The notes under the pieces are model-generated. The model ran no database searches, was not told the origin of the DNA, and saw only the letters and a list, made by a program, of their open reading frames with translations. DNA of 64,000 bases from an uncultured Gemmatimonadota bacterium (GTDB taxonomy: Bacteria; SM23-81; DAOVCL01), in assembly GCA_964626665.1 (NCBI GenBank), contig CAZVGK010000004.1, positions 1-64,000 of the forward strand. Direction: 5' to 3'. How positions within the stretch are numbered: position 1 is the stretch's first letter; every line of letters starts with the position of its first letter. The translations under genes and the position numbers were made by a program. Shown one piece after another: positions 1-10,183 of this stretch.

Positions 1-211
1 TCTTTGAAATTAAACAGTTAACTCAAATTCAGAGGCAATTTTTAAACAGCCTCATCCAAGAACAAAATGCTATCAGAATATAGGAAACTGTTGACAAGGG
101 TAATACCGACCTTTATTCTGATCGTTTCAGCACAAAACCCTCACCTTCTGGGCCTACTGAATGGTTCCAAGAATCAAAAAGGTAATCCGCCTGTTAATCT
201 TGGGATTATTG

Positions 212-584
212 GGTGGCGTAGTCAAAATTGTTGCTAAAGGGCCTCTGACTGAATCCGATCCAGTTGATATTTTGGGTGTCCACCTTAGCTAACCGAAGTG
301 GTTTTTTTATCGTTCTTGCATCTGTTCCTTTTACGAGAGGCTGTAAACGTATTAAATTTATACTATTTAGATTTGCCTGACAGGCATCGTGGAAGGAATC
401 ATAAGGTCTATTATCGAGTTCATAGCAATTTGAATACTGCAACCGTTCCCTTGACTTATTAATTCTGGCCTCCTGTGGTAAGCGATAACGCCTTATTTAT
501 ACCACTATACCACAGAAGGCGTTGATTTATCTAAAGATTCTGGCTTTCAAAAAACTGACTAGCAACAATTTTGACTACGCCACC
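212..584. mobile_element. MITE / internally deleted IS with 25-bp perfect terminal inverted repeats
   Basis: GGTGGCGTAGTCAAAATTGTTGCTA at 212-236 and its exact reverse complement at 560-584; flanked by direct repeat TTATTG (206-211, 585-590). Confidence 0.8.
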
Positions 585-616
585 TTATTGTGCAATAGAA
601 CCAGAGTAAAAACAAA

Positions 617-1840
617 TCATTTGCGTAGAATCCACCTTAAGCATTTCTTCACTAATATCCTCATGAGGTAAATAATTCTATGCAGAAACGGGAGTGGATC
701 GTCCCAAGCAAATAACGCATAAGTATTTTTACCAATCAAAGACTTTAACCATTTATATGTAGACAATTCATGCCTTGCTTTGTAACCCCGAAATGCCTTG
801 AGGTCCATTTCAAGCGACAGCCACCTCACACCGGTTTTATAATAAGTTACTTTTGGGATGGGCTCACCTAAAATATCTCGGTATGCAATTAGAGGTAGAT
901 TTACCCCGCAACACGCGTCAAGACTATTCCAAAGACTAAAACGTCCGTTAATCTCCAGTATTTTGAATTGACCATCATTGGGGTCTCTCTTGAAGTTGAT
1001 AACTGCGATTCCGTTATAACCGATTTTTTGGAGTAAATCGACTCCGATTTTTGTAACTACGGGTTCATAAACACTCTCAACAAAACAACCCATACCAAAT
1101 TGAGGTGGGAATGTTCTTAGCTTTCGCCCAATAAAGATAGCAAGTGGTTGTGATTTAGCATTTAGATATGTGTGAAAAGAGTATAGCTGGTCATCTCCTC
1201 CTTCTATAAATTCTTGGATCATCATTTCAGAATTAACTGATGAGATTTGGCTGTATTTCTCCATAAGTTCAGAGAATGAGGTAACCATCACAGCTTTTTT
1301 ATATCCAAAAATGCCTTCCACAGCCCTTTTCTCTCTATCATGCGAATAAATAGGTTTAATGATGCAGGGATAACCTATTTTCTTTCCTAATGACTCTACT
1401 TCTGATAAATTATTAGGCACATACGTCTTAGGTACTGGAAAATTGTATTTTAACGCTAAGTTATAGAATCGTCGCTTATCTACAATATTTTCCACGATAT
1501 CTTGAGAAGGCAATGTAAGATAAAAATATTTCTCTAGCATTCGCCGATTTCTGGAAACTAAAAGCAGATTTACATCTCCAGTGGGAAATAGAGCAGGTTT
1601 AGGCTCTAAACGCTTTCCCAAGTTTTGTAGAAAGTTCAACGAATCCAATTCATGGTTGGAAAGCTTAAAATTCAAGACCTCCTTACAAAACCTGGATGAA
1701 AATCCTTCCTCCCAAACATTTGAAGCAAGACCGATAAGAGGGATTTTTTCTCTCCCTAAACTTCTAACAACTCCCAACCCAGCTAAAGTCATCCCCAAAA
1801 CTACCGCTGTGGGCTTTTTGTTGGACATCTTACTCACCAC
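617..1840 (-). CDS. ATP-grasp carboxylate-amine ligase (D-aspartate ligase-like), polysaccharide locus
   Basis: GLGVVRSLG N-terminus, YPCIIKP, IQEFIEG and LEINGRF ATP-grasp motifs; C-terminal DDPLPF. Confidence 0.85.
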   Translation of the reverse strand: MVSKMSNKKPTAVVLGMTLAGLGVVRSLGREKIPLIGLASNVWEEGFSSRFCKEVLNFKLSNHELDSLNFLQNLGKRLEPKPALFPTGDVNLLLVSRNRRMLEKYFYLTLPSQDIVENIVDKRRFYNLALKYNFPVPKTYVPNNLSEVESLGKKIGYPCIIKPIYSHDREKRAVEGIFGYKKAVMVTSFSELMEKYSQISSVNSEMMIQEFIEGGDDQLYSFHTYLNAKSQPLAIFIGRKLRTFPPQFGMGCFVESVYEPVVTKIGVDLLQKIGYNGIAVINFKRDPNDGQFKILEINGRFSLWNSLDACCGVNLPLIAYRDILGEPIPKVTYYKTGVRWLSLEMDLKAFRGYKARHELSTYKWLKSLIGKNTYALFAWDDPLPFLHRIIYLMRILVKKCLRWILRK

Positions 1841-1884
1841 CTTTTCTTAATAGTTCTGATCGTCAGCAAAAGGTGTCTCTGTTT

Positions 1885-2715
1885 TTAACACTTTTGCACC
1901 TTAACTACGTATTGTTGTCCTAGTAACCTTAACAACCGAATATGACGAAGAGTTGATATATCTTCCAACTTGCTGCTAATTTTTATAGAAGTCCCAGTAG
2001 AAAAAAATTCTTTGCGATTGAAGGTAATTGGTCCAAACCCTACACTTGCATACTCTTGTACCTGAAAACCATGTTTTACTAAGGTTTTATTGAACTTCCA
2101 AGGGATGTATGCACGATGTACAAACGATTCTATCGATTGCGGAGAACCGCGTTCTTTGGAAGTAACTAATTTGCGAGCAATCTTCCCCTTGATGGCCTTA
2201 AACATTACTGGAATATCAAGCAATTCTGAAATTTTCCGTTTATTTCTTACGGTAATTATAGCAATCCCTTTCGGTTTAAGCACACGATATATTTCTCTTA
2301 TTGCCTCTTCATCGCTAATTAGATATGGCAAGACCCCCATACAAACAATGGCGTCAAAAAACCCAGTGGAAAATGGGAGATTTTCAACATCACTGATTAG
2401 TAAATTACAGGATTTTTCATAGCCATTTTCTTTGATTATTCGTTTCGCATCTTCTATCATATTATAAGATAAGTCAGTTCCACAAACAAAATGCCCTCTT
2501 TGTAGTAATCTTAAAATTGTCAAGCCAGCTCCACATCCTGTATCCAATATCTTTGCACCATTGTTCTTTAGACTTTCATCAAGCATTTTTAGTACTTTTT
2601 CTTGACGAACCTGAATGCTATATGATAGGAAATCGTCTCCTATTTCGTATAACCTTCGCCATCTAAGAGTGTTTTTATCAAAATGACCGCGAATGGCATC
2701 TCTTTGACTCAGCAT
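1885..2715 (-). CDS. Class I SAM-dependent methyltransferase
   Basis: ILDTGCGAG motif I, DVENLPF, FDAIVC, RVLKPKG. Confidence 0.85.
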   Translation of the reverse strand: MLSQRDAIRGHFDKNTLRWRRLYEIGDDFLSYSIQVRQEKVLKMLDESLKNNGAKILDTGCGAGLTILRLLQRGHFVCGTDLSYNMIEDAKRIIKENGYEKSCNLLISDVENLPFSTGFFDAIVCMGVLPYLISDEEAIREIYRVLKPKGIAIITVRNKRKISELLDIPVMFKAIKGKIARKLVTSKERGSPQSIESFVHRAYIPWKFNKTLVKHGFQVQEYASVGFGPITFNRKEFFSTGTSIKISSKLEDISTLRHIRLLRLLGQQYVVKVQKC

Positions 2716-2741
2716 TTCTTTTCTGGCACCTCATCAATTAT

Positions 2742-3602
2742 TTAATCCTTCAAAATAGATGTGCAGGGGCGTTCAGAGATGTTGAATACTTCCCTTATCG
2801 GGGCAAATTCAAAATCCCTAAGCAGCTTTTTAATCTTAATTTCCATCATATCCAAGTTCGTATAATGCCTAAACTTGTAAAAAAATTTCACTTTTACCTT
2901 CGGAGGATGGGGATCTAACTCCCAAGGTCTGATATAGACAATAGCCGGTTTCCCCTGAGAGTTGGCCTTCTTGATCCCCTTTTTTATGAACCAATAGGGG
3001 TAAAGCCTAAGGTATCCCCCTCCTGCTATGGGGATATTCTTATTCATAATGAGATAGGTAGTCAAGGGGATTTCCCAGAGTAGGCCACCTTTTTTGGCCT
3101 CTATTAGATAAGGGAACCTGGGCGCTTCCGGATACCCATAACTATTGTTTTTTACCGGAAAAACGCTGGAATCATACTTGAACCCAAGGTCAACTAAACT
3201 CTCGTAGGCCCATAGGGTATCTTCCATCAGGGAGAAGTTGGGAGCCCGATAACCAGAGATCTCCCCACCGGTGATTTTTTCCAATATATTGAGGGATCTT
3301 TCGACATCCTTATAAAATTTTTTCTCTGTCAGTTTATTAATTGGCTTATGGTTGTAACCAAAAGATGCTATCTCATTTCCCTGACTTTTGATTTCCTTAA
3401 TCAATTCAGGGAATTTTCTGGCGATCCAGCCCAGAACGAAAAAAGTAGCCTTGGCACCCCTCTCACTTAGTAACACCAGGAGCCTCTGAGTGGTGGATTC
3501 AATCCTCGATTCATAATTTTTCCACTCCCTATACTTTATCACCTCATCAAATACAGAGGCCTGAAACCAATCCTCTAAATTTATGGTTAGGGCATTCTTC
3601 AT
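2742..3602 (-). CDS. Polysaccharide deacetylase (DUF3473 / XrtA-system type)
   Basis: NALTINLEDWF, ATFFVLGW, GYRAPNFS, YDSSVFP, GGGYLRLYP, PWELDP. Confidence 0.85.
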   Translation of the reverse strand: MKNALTINLEDWFQASVFDEVIKYREWKNYESRIESTTQRLLVLLSERGAKATFFVLGWIARKFPELIKEIKSQGNEIASFGYNHKPINKLTEKKFYKDVERSLNILEKITGGEISGYRAPNFSLMEDTLWAYESLVDLGFKYDSSVFPVKNNSYGYPEAPRFPYLIEAKKGGLLWEIPLTTYLIMNKNIPIAGGGYLRLYPYWFIKKGIKKANSQGKPAIVYIRPWELDPHPPKVKVKFFYKFRHYTNLDMMEIKIKKLLRDFEFAPIREVFNISERPCTSILKD

Positions 3603-3819
3603 TGGCTATTTTGATTAGTAAACCCTTTGATTTGGACGCAGATAACGCTGATTTGTTATGATTTATCTCTCGTCAGGGCAGAAGCCCTGACGGCACATTT
3701 GAAACTTAGATATAAGATCCAATCAGCATTCGAAGGGCTATAATTGCCCTTGTATAACCACTGAAAGGACAGATTACTTATGTCTATAATCTCTAAGGAA
3801 TAATATTATCACCGGCCAG

Positions 3820-4236
3820 TTACTTCATAGGCCTCGTTTTAATAAAGCATGTTTGTTCGGTCATATTCTTGAACTGAATTTCGTAAGTTTTGAATAGATC
3901 TCGCCTACCGAGCAAACTTGGCACAAGATTAGTTACAGCAAAAGCGACATCTACTTCAGAGACATAGTTGCCTATTTTCATCTTAACCTTATGAATGTAA
4001 GTTTCGATCCTCCCAGCACCGATCCCTCCGAAAATCGCATATTGTCCGCTTTCAATATCTATCCCAAGTATGTGAGCAAAGCTTCTCGGGAGAATAGTAA
4101 CATCAGCGCCCGAATCAACATACACAACGGTATTTTGCCATTCACCATCCTTATCTTGAACCCATATCTCAGCCACTGGCCTTTCAATCGTTCCAAAAAC
4201 CTTTGAATTCTCTGTCCTCCATTGGAAACATTTCAT
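3820..4236 (-). CDS. Retropepsin-like (clan AA) aspartyl protease
   Basis: VDSGADVT catalytic motif, GGIG flap, LLGRRD. Confidence 0.8.
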   Translation of the reverse strand: MKCFQWRTENSKVFGTIERPVAEIWVQDKDGEWQNTVVYVDSGADVTILPRSFAHILGIDIESGQYAIFGGIGAGRIETYIHKVKMKIGNYVSEVDVAFAVTNLVPSLLGRRDLFKTYEIQFKNMTEQTCFIKTRPMK

Positions 4237-4457
4237 AGGACTAATAACTCCTTCGTCGGAATTTGCGTCAATAAAGGTTTCCGATCCGGTTTTTTCTCTC
4301 TTGCAGATTCATAGGCTTTCTCTGCTGTCTCCCCTACGCCAATAACTTTCTCATCGAGAATGGCCACCCACTTCCCCTCATACTTTTCTTGGAGTTCCAA
4401 GCTATATCTAAGACTCCATTCAAAATCTCCCCTGGCCGCTTTGCTTTTCACAGTCAT
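4233..4457 (-). CDS. DUF5678-family small protein
   Basis: YEGKWVAI..EKVIGVG...AY pattern; its stop overlaps the protease start. Confidence 0.7.
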   Translation of the reverse strand: MTVKSKAARGDFEWSLRYSLELQEKYEGKWVAILDEKVIGVGETAEKAYESAREKKPDRKPLLTQIPTKELLVL

Positions 4458-4572
4458 CTAAAAGACCTCCTTTCAGTTAATTCAGCGATCAGATCCCCTG
4501 ATCTGACCGTGGCAAAATAGGTGTCCTCCACTCCCCGTTTTGGAGTCCCGACAGCACAATTGAGGCCATCCT

Positions 4573-5514
4573 TCACCCGCTATTCCGGTTAGTAAACCAA
4601 TGGACAGCTTTCTTTAATCCCTCAAAGAAGGAAACTTGAGGTTCATATCCCAAAAGTTGCCTGGCCTTAGAGATGTCCGCCAATGAATCCCTCACCTCAC
4701 CAAGGCGGGGCGCGGAATAGATCGGATCAATGGCTGAGTCAAATACCCCCTGCAAATATCTTAGCATCTGGTTTAAGGAGAATCTTTCCCCACAGGCAAT
4801 ATTTATCACTCCTCCGGCAACTCCCTCAACTGAGGAGGCCAAGATGTTGGCGACCACTACATTATGAACATAGGTAAAATCCCTGGTCTGCTCTCCGTCT
4901 CCATAGATTTCTGGAGGTTTCCCTTGTGCCAGTGCCTTTATGAACTTGGGTATCACCGCCGAGTATTCGGACAAGGGATCCTGCTTGGGGCCAAAAACAT
5001 TAAAATACCTTAAACATACCGTCTCCAATCCATAGAGATCATAGAAGGCCTGACAATACCTTTCTCCTGCCAATTTGCTTATAGCATAAGGGGAAAGGGG
5101 ATGAGGAGACATATCCTCGGATTTGGGAAGATCGGCAGAGTCTCCATAGACTGAAGAAGAAGAGGCGTAAACAAGCCTCTTCACATTCGCTTCTTTAGAT
5201 GCTAAAAGAAGATTTAAGGTTCCAGTAATATTCACCTCATTGGTAGTAAGGGGATTTAATATTGACCTTTGAACAGAAGGTAAGGCAGCCTGATGGAGAA
5301 CGAAATCGGCTCCATCTACCGCCTCCTCTACAGTTTTTAGATCCCTAATATCCCCTTCTATGACCTCTATTTTGCCAGAGAACTCGGCAATATTCTCCCT
5401 TCTGCCCGTGGAGAAATTGTCCAGTATCCTTACTTCTTCCCCCCTCTGTAACAACTCACCCACAATATTTGAACCGATGAAACCTCCCCCTCCAGTCACC
5501 AAGTATTTAGACAT
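4573..5514 (-). CDS. NAD-dependent nucleotide-sugar epimerase/dehydratase (WbpP-like extended SDR)
   Basis: GGGGFIG, HQAALPSV, YAISK (YxxxK), LRYFNVFGP, GDGEQTRDF. Confidence 0.92.
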   Translation of the reverse strand: MSKYLVTGGGGFIGSNIVGELLQRGEEVRILDNFSTGRRENIAEFSGKIEVIEGDIRDLKTVEEAVDGADFVLHQAALPSVQRSILNPLTTNEVNITGTLNLLLASKEANVKRLVYASSSSVYGDSADLPKSEDMSPHPLSPYAISKLAGERYCQAFYDLYGLETVCLRYFNVFGPKQDPLSEYSAVIPKFIKALAQGKPPEIYGDGEQTRDFTYVHNVVVANILASSVEGVAGGVINIACGERFSLNQMLRYLQGVFDSAIDPIYSAPRLGEVRDSLADISKARQLLGYEPQVSFFEGLKKAVHWFTNRNSG

Positions 5515-5778
5515 TAGGCCTCCAACCTTTTCTCCATCTGGATGTTCAATCTCCTGGGTTTGAACTTAGCCCCCTGCGGCGAAACATCTCCGACAGGATA
5601 ACAGGATTTATAATTTCCCCAAGAAAACACCGAAGGACACCGAAAAGTTAGCCCAAGATATCTCGAAACCGCAGATTCACCCTGTTAAATATACTTTCGT
5701 ATTTCACGGGGTGAACGCAGACTTGCGGAGATTCTTTAGAACACTAATGACAGAAGTAACCAGAAAAGCCGAATAATC

Positions 5779-5887
5779 ACCACGGAATTTCACGGAATCA
5801 CACCGAAAGAGGCAATTATAAATTGAGAATTAAGAATTAAAAATGAGGTTTATGCTGATTCCTGTTTTCCCCTGTTTGTCCGTGGTT
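5779..5887. repeat. ~100-bp miniature element with CACGGA tandem ends (copy 1)
   Basis: ACCACGGAATTTCACGGAA...GCAATTA..AATGAGGTTTATGCTGATTCCT...CCGTGGT; related copies at 11422, 31400 (inverted) and 63589. Confidence 0.7.
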
Positions 5888-6057
5888 TAGGGTTTGCTGT
5901 AGAGAGTTTGATTCGTAAACCCTTTCGTTAAGATTTTCCGTTAACCAATGGTTTACGAAACAGTGTGGCTTGTCTTTTTGCCCTCCCCTATTCTCTTAAT
6001 CAAATTCATAGAGTTAAGTCTATAAACTTCGCCGCCTCCGGCGAGGCTTTTCTGGCA

Positions 6058-6190
6058 GGATAACGGTCTGCGTATCAGCGGCGGAAGGGCGACGGCGCAC
6101 TGACATTCAATTATTTAAAAACTTTATGCGCTGCAACGGACGTGACTGATTTCAAAAACTGCCCTTCCGCCCGCTGCATACGCTATTTTT
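6058..6190 (-). other. attC-like integron recombination site (one end degenerate)
   Basis: Long imperfect palindrome GCGTATGCAGCGGGCGGAAGGGC...GCCCTTCCGCCGCTGATACGC ending in GTTATCC on the minus strand. Confidence 0.55.
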
Positions 6191-6259
6191 AAAACACCCA
6201 GCGAAGCTTCACCTTCTCGGCTCGGGGGGGCAAACCATCAAGCCGGGAGGCAAGTAAGG

Positions 6260-6415
6260 AAATCCTAAATCCGAATGACGAAATCCGAAACAAACCCCAA
6301 TGACCAAATTCTCTAAACTAAGAACCATTTGCCATATCTAAGTTTGCCTCAGACCGTTTTGCATAGTTGAACTTCGATATTGTTTCGAACTTCGTATTTC
6401 GTGCTTCGCATTTAA
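6260..6415. repeat. Inverted array of AAATCCG-like heptamers (miniature element)
   Basis: AAATCCTAAATCCGAATGACGAAATCCGAAACAA ... TTGTTTCGAACTTCGTATTTCGTGCTTCGCATTT. Confidence 0.5.
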
Positions 6416-6502
6416 AGGCAAGGGAATTGGGTTTCAACACAAAACTTGAAACAAACCTTAAGATCTTACCTTATGAAGCAGGATAGAACGATAACATAAC
6501 TA

Positions 6503-7096
6503 TTATATAAGACTTGTCTTGAAAAGATTTTTTAGTTTATTTATTATTTCTGGTTTTTCTTTTAATTCACATAATGGAAATAGCTGATCAATAATATAAT
6601 TTGTATTAAGTTTTCCCCCTTGGCGTAGTATTACACTTTCAACATCCATCCAATCTCTTGTTCGATCTGCAAATGCTTTAAGAATAATAAGATCTTCAGC
6701 AGAACAAGTAATTAAAGAACAATTCGGATGAAATGTAAACGGCGTGGCTCGCTTTATCATCTCTTCTTCAAAGGGTAAACCAGAAAGTGAAATATCCACA
6801 GAAACTCCATTCGAAGCATATAATAACAATACTCTATTTTTCAGTGCAAAATTGTGTGCATCCGGTATTCTCGATTTATATAGGCCTAAAAGTATTTTTA
6901 TGTATTGTTCTTCATTCCCAAATCCACATAATAAACAGAGATCGATATCTTGGGTCATTCGTATTTCGCCCCAGCGAATAACTGCCAGGCCACCAATAAA
7001 ACAAAATGGCCATCTTCGTTCTTCAAATGTATTTTGAAATTCCAATCCTGCCTGAAATAATGGGTTAATCTTTTCAAATTTCTTGTTTTCATTCAT
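6503..7096 (-). CDS. Nucleotidyltransferase-fold protein (DUF6036/AbiEii-like)
   Basis: FIGGLAV..WGEIRMTQDIDL; EDLIILK...R.RDWMDV. Confidence 0.7.
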   Translation of the reverse strand: MNENKKFEKINPLFQAGLEFQNTFEERRWPFCFIGGLAVIRWGEIRMTQDIDLCLLCGFGNEEQYIKILLGLYKSRIPDAHNFALKNRVLLLYASNGVSVDISLSGLPFEEEMIKRATPFTFHPNCSLITCSAEDLIILKAFADRTRDWMDVESVILRQGGKLNTNYIIDQLFPLCELKEKPEIINKLKNLFKTSLI

Positions 7097-7107
7097 ATTT
7101 TATTATT

Positions 7108-7341
7108 CTAATTTTTTCTTTTAAATTTCATAAAAATTTGTTGCTGTTCTATTAAGCCACTACTAAACCTAACAGTTCTATTTTCAAACGCATATCGTAA
7201 CATCTCGTTCAATAATAGTCGATTCTTTTGATAATAATTGTCAGATCGAAGTTCATATAATTTTATTTCTTGCAAGGAAGAGCTTGCTTTTTCCCAAATA
7301 TAGACCCATTTTTTTATTGTTTCTCTATCAATGTCTCTCAT
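7108..7341 (-). CDS. Small hypothetical protein, partner of the nucleotidyltransferase
   Basis: 77-aa ORF ending 11 nt before the NTase start; same AT-rich composition. Confidence 0.55.
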   Translation of the reverse strand: MRDIDRETIKKWVYIWEKASSSLQEIKLYELRSDNYYQKNRLLLNEMLRYAFENRTVRFSSGLIEQQQIFMKFKRKN

Positions 7342-7507
7342 TGTTAATAATGTGTATCCTTTTCGGCATAAGGGAATTTACAGGGCTCTTGCTTTCTCCA
7401 AATGAACACCGAAGGACACCGAAATAACCCAAAAATCAACCCAAAATACTTGGTAACCGCAGATAAAATCATCGTCGCTCGTGGCTCGTAAACCGCAAGA
7501 AGTCTCA

Positions 7508-7646
7508 GGGTCTGCTCTTGACATTAGATATTTGCCCAGCGATTTTTTCAATCCTCTCCTCTCATTTTCTGATCCTCTCTCATCTGTCTAGCAAACCTCT
7601 CTACCACCTTCGCTACTGCTGAATAGCCGAGTCCTCCAAAGTCTTC
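7508..7646 (-). pseudogene. C-terminal relic of a REP-associated (Y1/RAYT-like) transposase with DnaA-type HTH
   Basis: Minus strand reads EDFGGLGYSAVAKVVERFARQMREDQKMR followed by TCTAATGTCAAGAGCAGACCC, resembling the 'SNVK..P' end of these genes. Confidence 0.45.
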
Positions 7647-7715
7647 ACCCTCTCCTTAGTCCTCCCCCATTAAGGGGGAGGAAACTGTTTTGGATACCCC
7701 TGGGGGGTGGGGGGG
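7642..7715. repeat. Palindromic repeat CCCTCTCCTTAGTCCTCCCCC-AT..-GGGGGAGGA family
   Basis: Near-identical copy at 9092-9166; inverted variants near 27407-27442 and 33185-33220. Confidence 0.7.
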
Positions 7716-7768
7716 TCTACTTATCCTGATCATCCTGTCAATCCCGTCTAAAAAATGGGAATAAGTTA

Positions 7769-8899
7769 TCACAAGATGTTTTCTTTTATCCAGTTTTTAA
7801 AGAATATATCGGTAAAAATATAGTTGTTGTTTTCCTTTTCAATAATCTCATCCTTCTCCAACCGCTCGACAATCCTCCGCAAGGTAGATATAGCACCGAG
7901 GTTATGCTCACTGATAAAATCCGCTGAATAAAGCCTCGCTTGAGGTTCCAGGGTAAGGGCTTCCAAAAGCTTTCTGGATTTTATGGAGAGCCTGTCCCAT
8001 ATCTCATTGTAGGCATAAGTTTCCCTCTTCAAGATATCCCCCAGTGAGTTCTTCACCTGTAAAGGGGTGATTTTTTTGCTATCTGCCTCTTTATCCCAGA
8101 GTATGTTGCAAAACAACTGGGTGAAGTAGGGATGATTCTCCGTGCTTTGCAAGATCAGGTCTATGACCTCAGGGAATATCGTATATCCTCCCTTTTCAAA
8201 CCAATGTTTGATGAAAATGGAAAATTCTTCGGAGGGAATCTTTCCCAAAGGAATGTGCTGGCCAAATCTATAAAATGGTCTATTTTTGTTCGCAAAGATA
8301 TCCAGCATCAGGTGCTTCTTGCTGCCCATAAAGACATAGGCCACATCGGGATGCAGTTGAAAATGGGAGCGCAGTTCCCTCTCCAGTTCACCTTTGTCCC
8401 ACAAGGAAATCTCCTGGAACTCATCAAGGATAACCGCCATTTTCCTCTTATACTTGGTAGAATATCTCTGAGCAGCTTCCAGAAGGTCATCTAAAATCGA
8501 TTCCTTATCCCCCAACCTATCAAAGGAAAACTCAAATTCAATGAGATTTCCTCCCTTAAAGACGATCTTAGGTATTAATCTGGGGAGAAGGGCACTCAGT
8601 TTTCGGCTTAGCTCCTTGACCTTCCCTGATAGGGAACTGCCAATTGCCTGGGCATAGACGGTGATAAACTCTTCCAACGAGGTAACCCTGTAGAGGTCAA
8701 TATAGATACAAACAACCCCTTTGCTTCGTAATATCTCCATTACCTTGAAGATAAGGGATGTTTTACCATACCTCCTGGGGGAGAAGAGAATGACATTCTG
8801 CTCCCGACTCAAGTCTCTTACTAATCCATCAACTTCATCCTTTCTGTCTGCAAAGTATTCCCCTCCTACCACTTCCCCATATCTAAATGGATTCTCCAT
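7769..8899 (-). CDS. AAA/archaeal-type ATPase with C-terminal winged-helix region
   Basis: MENPFRYG N-terminus, Walker A SPRRYGKTSL, Walker B VILDEFQ, HPYFTQ. Confidence 0.8.
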   Translation of the reverse strand: MENPFRYGEVVGGEYFADRKDEVDGLVRDLSREQNVILFSPRRYGKTSLIFKVMEILRSKGVVCIYIDLYRVTSLEEFITVYAQAIGSSLSGKVKELSRKLSALLPRLIPKIVFKGGNLIEFEFSFDRLGDKESILDDLLEAAQRYSTKYKRKMAVILDEFQEISLWDKGELERELRSHFQLHPDVAYVFMGSKKHLMLDIFANKNRPFYRFGQHIPLGKIPSEEFSIFIKHWFEKGGYTIFPEVIDLILQSTENHPYFTQLFCNILWDKEADSKKITPLQVKNSLGDILKRETYAYNEIWDRLSIKSRKLLEALTLEPQARLYSADFISEHNLGAISTLRRIVERLEKDEIIEKENNNYIFTDIFFKNWIKENIL

Positions 8900-9277
8900 C
8901 CTTCTCCTTCACCTTTTCGGACAGGACTTGAGACCTGTCCCTACAATGCTTTCCAACGGGGCTTTTAGTCCCATAGAAGGGCCTAATGGTCTTTGATTTA
9001 TTAATCGGGTAATCAAGAAGTAGAGGCCGGAGGAAGTTACTATATGCGCTAAGGATAGGCTTTTAAACTACGGGCTAAAGCTGGGTAGAAATCTTCACCC
9101 TCTCCTTAGTCCTCCCCCATCAAGGGGGAGGAGACATTCTTGGATGCCCCGCGCTCTGGGTGGGGGAGTTCACTGGGTCATTACCCGATCAAGTTGTCAA
9201 AAACATTAGCCCTCAATAAGAAGGCCCGCACTAAAGTGCGGTAAAATAGGATCTGACAGGATGAACGGGGTTCTTAT

Positions 9278-10012
9278 TTACCCTGTCTTTAGATTCTCCC
9301 CTTCAGGTTTTTTGATTCCTGGCTGCGGTTTTTTGTAATATTTATAGCCGTAATACTTGTAGTCATAATAGTAAGGGAGAACCTTCTTTGCGTTATTCAT
9401 TACCACTCCAATGAGGTTCCCCCCCCCTTCCTTGAGCAGGTCAACAGCCCTTTTAACCACTTCTTTTTGGGTCTTCCCCGCCTCTATCACCAAGAGGACC
9501 CCATCCATCTCAGAGCTCAAAATCAATGGGTCGCTCACCGGTATAACCGGAGCACAGTCAACAACTATGGTCTGGAAATAGAACTTGAGTTCAGCAAAGA
9601 CCTCCTTTATTAGGTTGGAGTTGAAAAGCTCCACCGGACTTCCGTCTAAGAAGCCACTGGTGAGAACCTGCAGGTTTGGCAAGGAGGTAGGTTTGAAACA
9701 AGTTTTCAGGGGAACCCTTTTGGTAAGAACCTCGGCCAAACCACCCTCCCGTTTTAAGCCAAAGAGATTGTGTTGAATTGGCCTGCGAAGATCACTGTCC
9801 ACCAAAAGGGTCTTGGTCTCCCTGTATTTGGAGATGGCAATGGCCAGAAAGGCGGCCAGGGTGCTTTTCCCCTCCCCCACAGAAGGACTGGTGATAAGGA
9901 AATTCTTCATTTCCCCCTGGGAGGGCAGACCTCTGATCCGAGAGTAGAGCCTCCTGAACTCTGTGGGACCAGGAGATTCTTCGTCGTAAAAAGAGAGTAT
10001 GTTATTGTTCAT
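9278..10012 (-). CDS. CpsD/CapB family tyrosine-protein kinase (stand-alone Wzc kinase domain)
   Basis: TSPSVGEGKST, DSDLRRP, DCAPV, C-terminal Tyr cluster YYYDYKYYGYKYY. Confidence 0.9.
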   Translation of the reverse strand: MNNNILSFYDEESPGPTEFRRLYSRIRGLPSQGEMKNFLITSPSVGEGKSTLAAFLAIAISKYRETKTLLVDSDLRRPIQHNLFGLKREGGLAEVLTKRVPLKTCFKPTSLPNLQVLTSGFLDGSPVELFNSNLIKEVFAELKFYFQTIVVDCAPVIPVSDPLILSSEMDGVLLVIEAGKTQKEVVKRAVDLLKEGGGNLIGVVMNNAKKVLPYYYDYKYYGYKYYKKPQPGIKKPEGENLKTG

Positions 10013-10183
10013 TTTACCTCAGTGGAAGTAAGAAAAGATTTACCACGGAATCGCACGGAATTACACGGAACTACTTCAAGAACCAATTGGCAATAGTCAA
10101 TTAACAAGATAAAAATGAAAGGCAACGGCTTTTAATTGATCATTGTCATTGATCATTGATAACTGTTCATTATAACTTGATCT

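Noticed and set aside
206-442. 78-aa ORF
   Set aside because: Lies in and runs through the MITE TIR; no recognisable motifs
5626-5830. CRISPR array from the short recurring repeats
   Set aside because: No constant 25-45 bp repeat with regular unique spacers and no cas genes; these are dispersed 7-9-nt-period motifs
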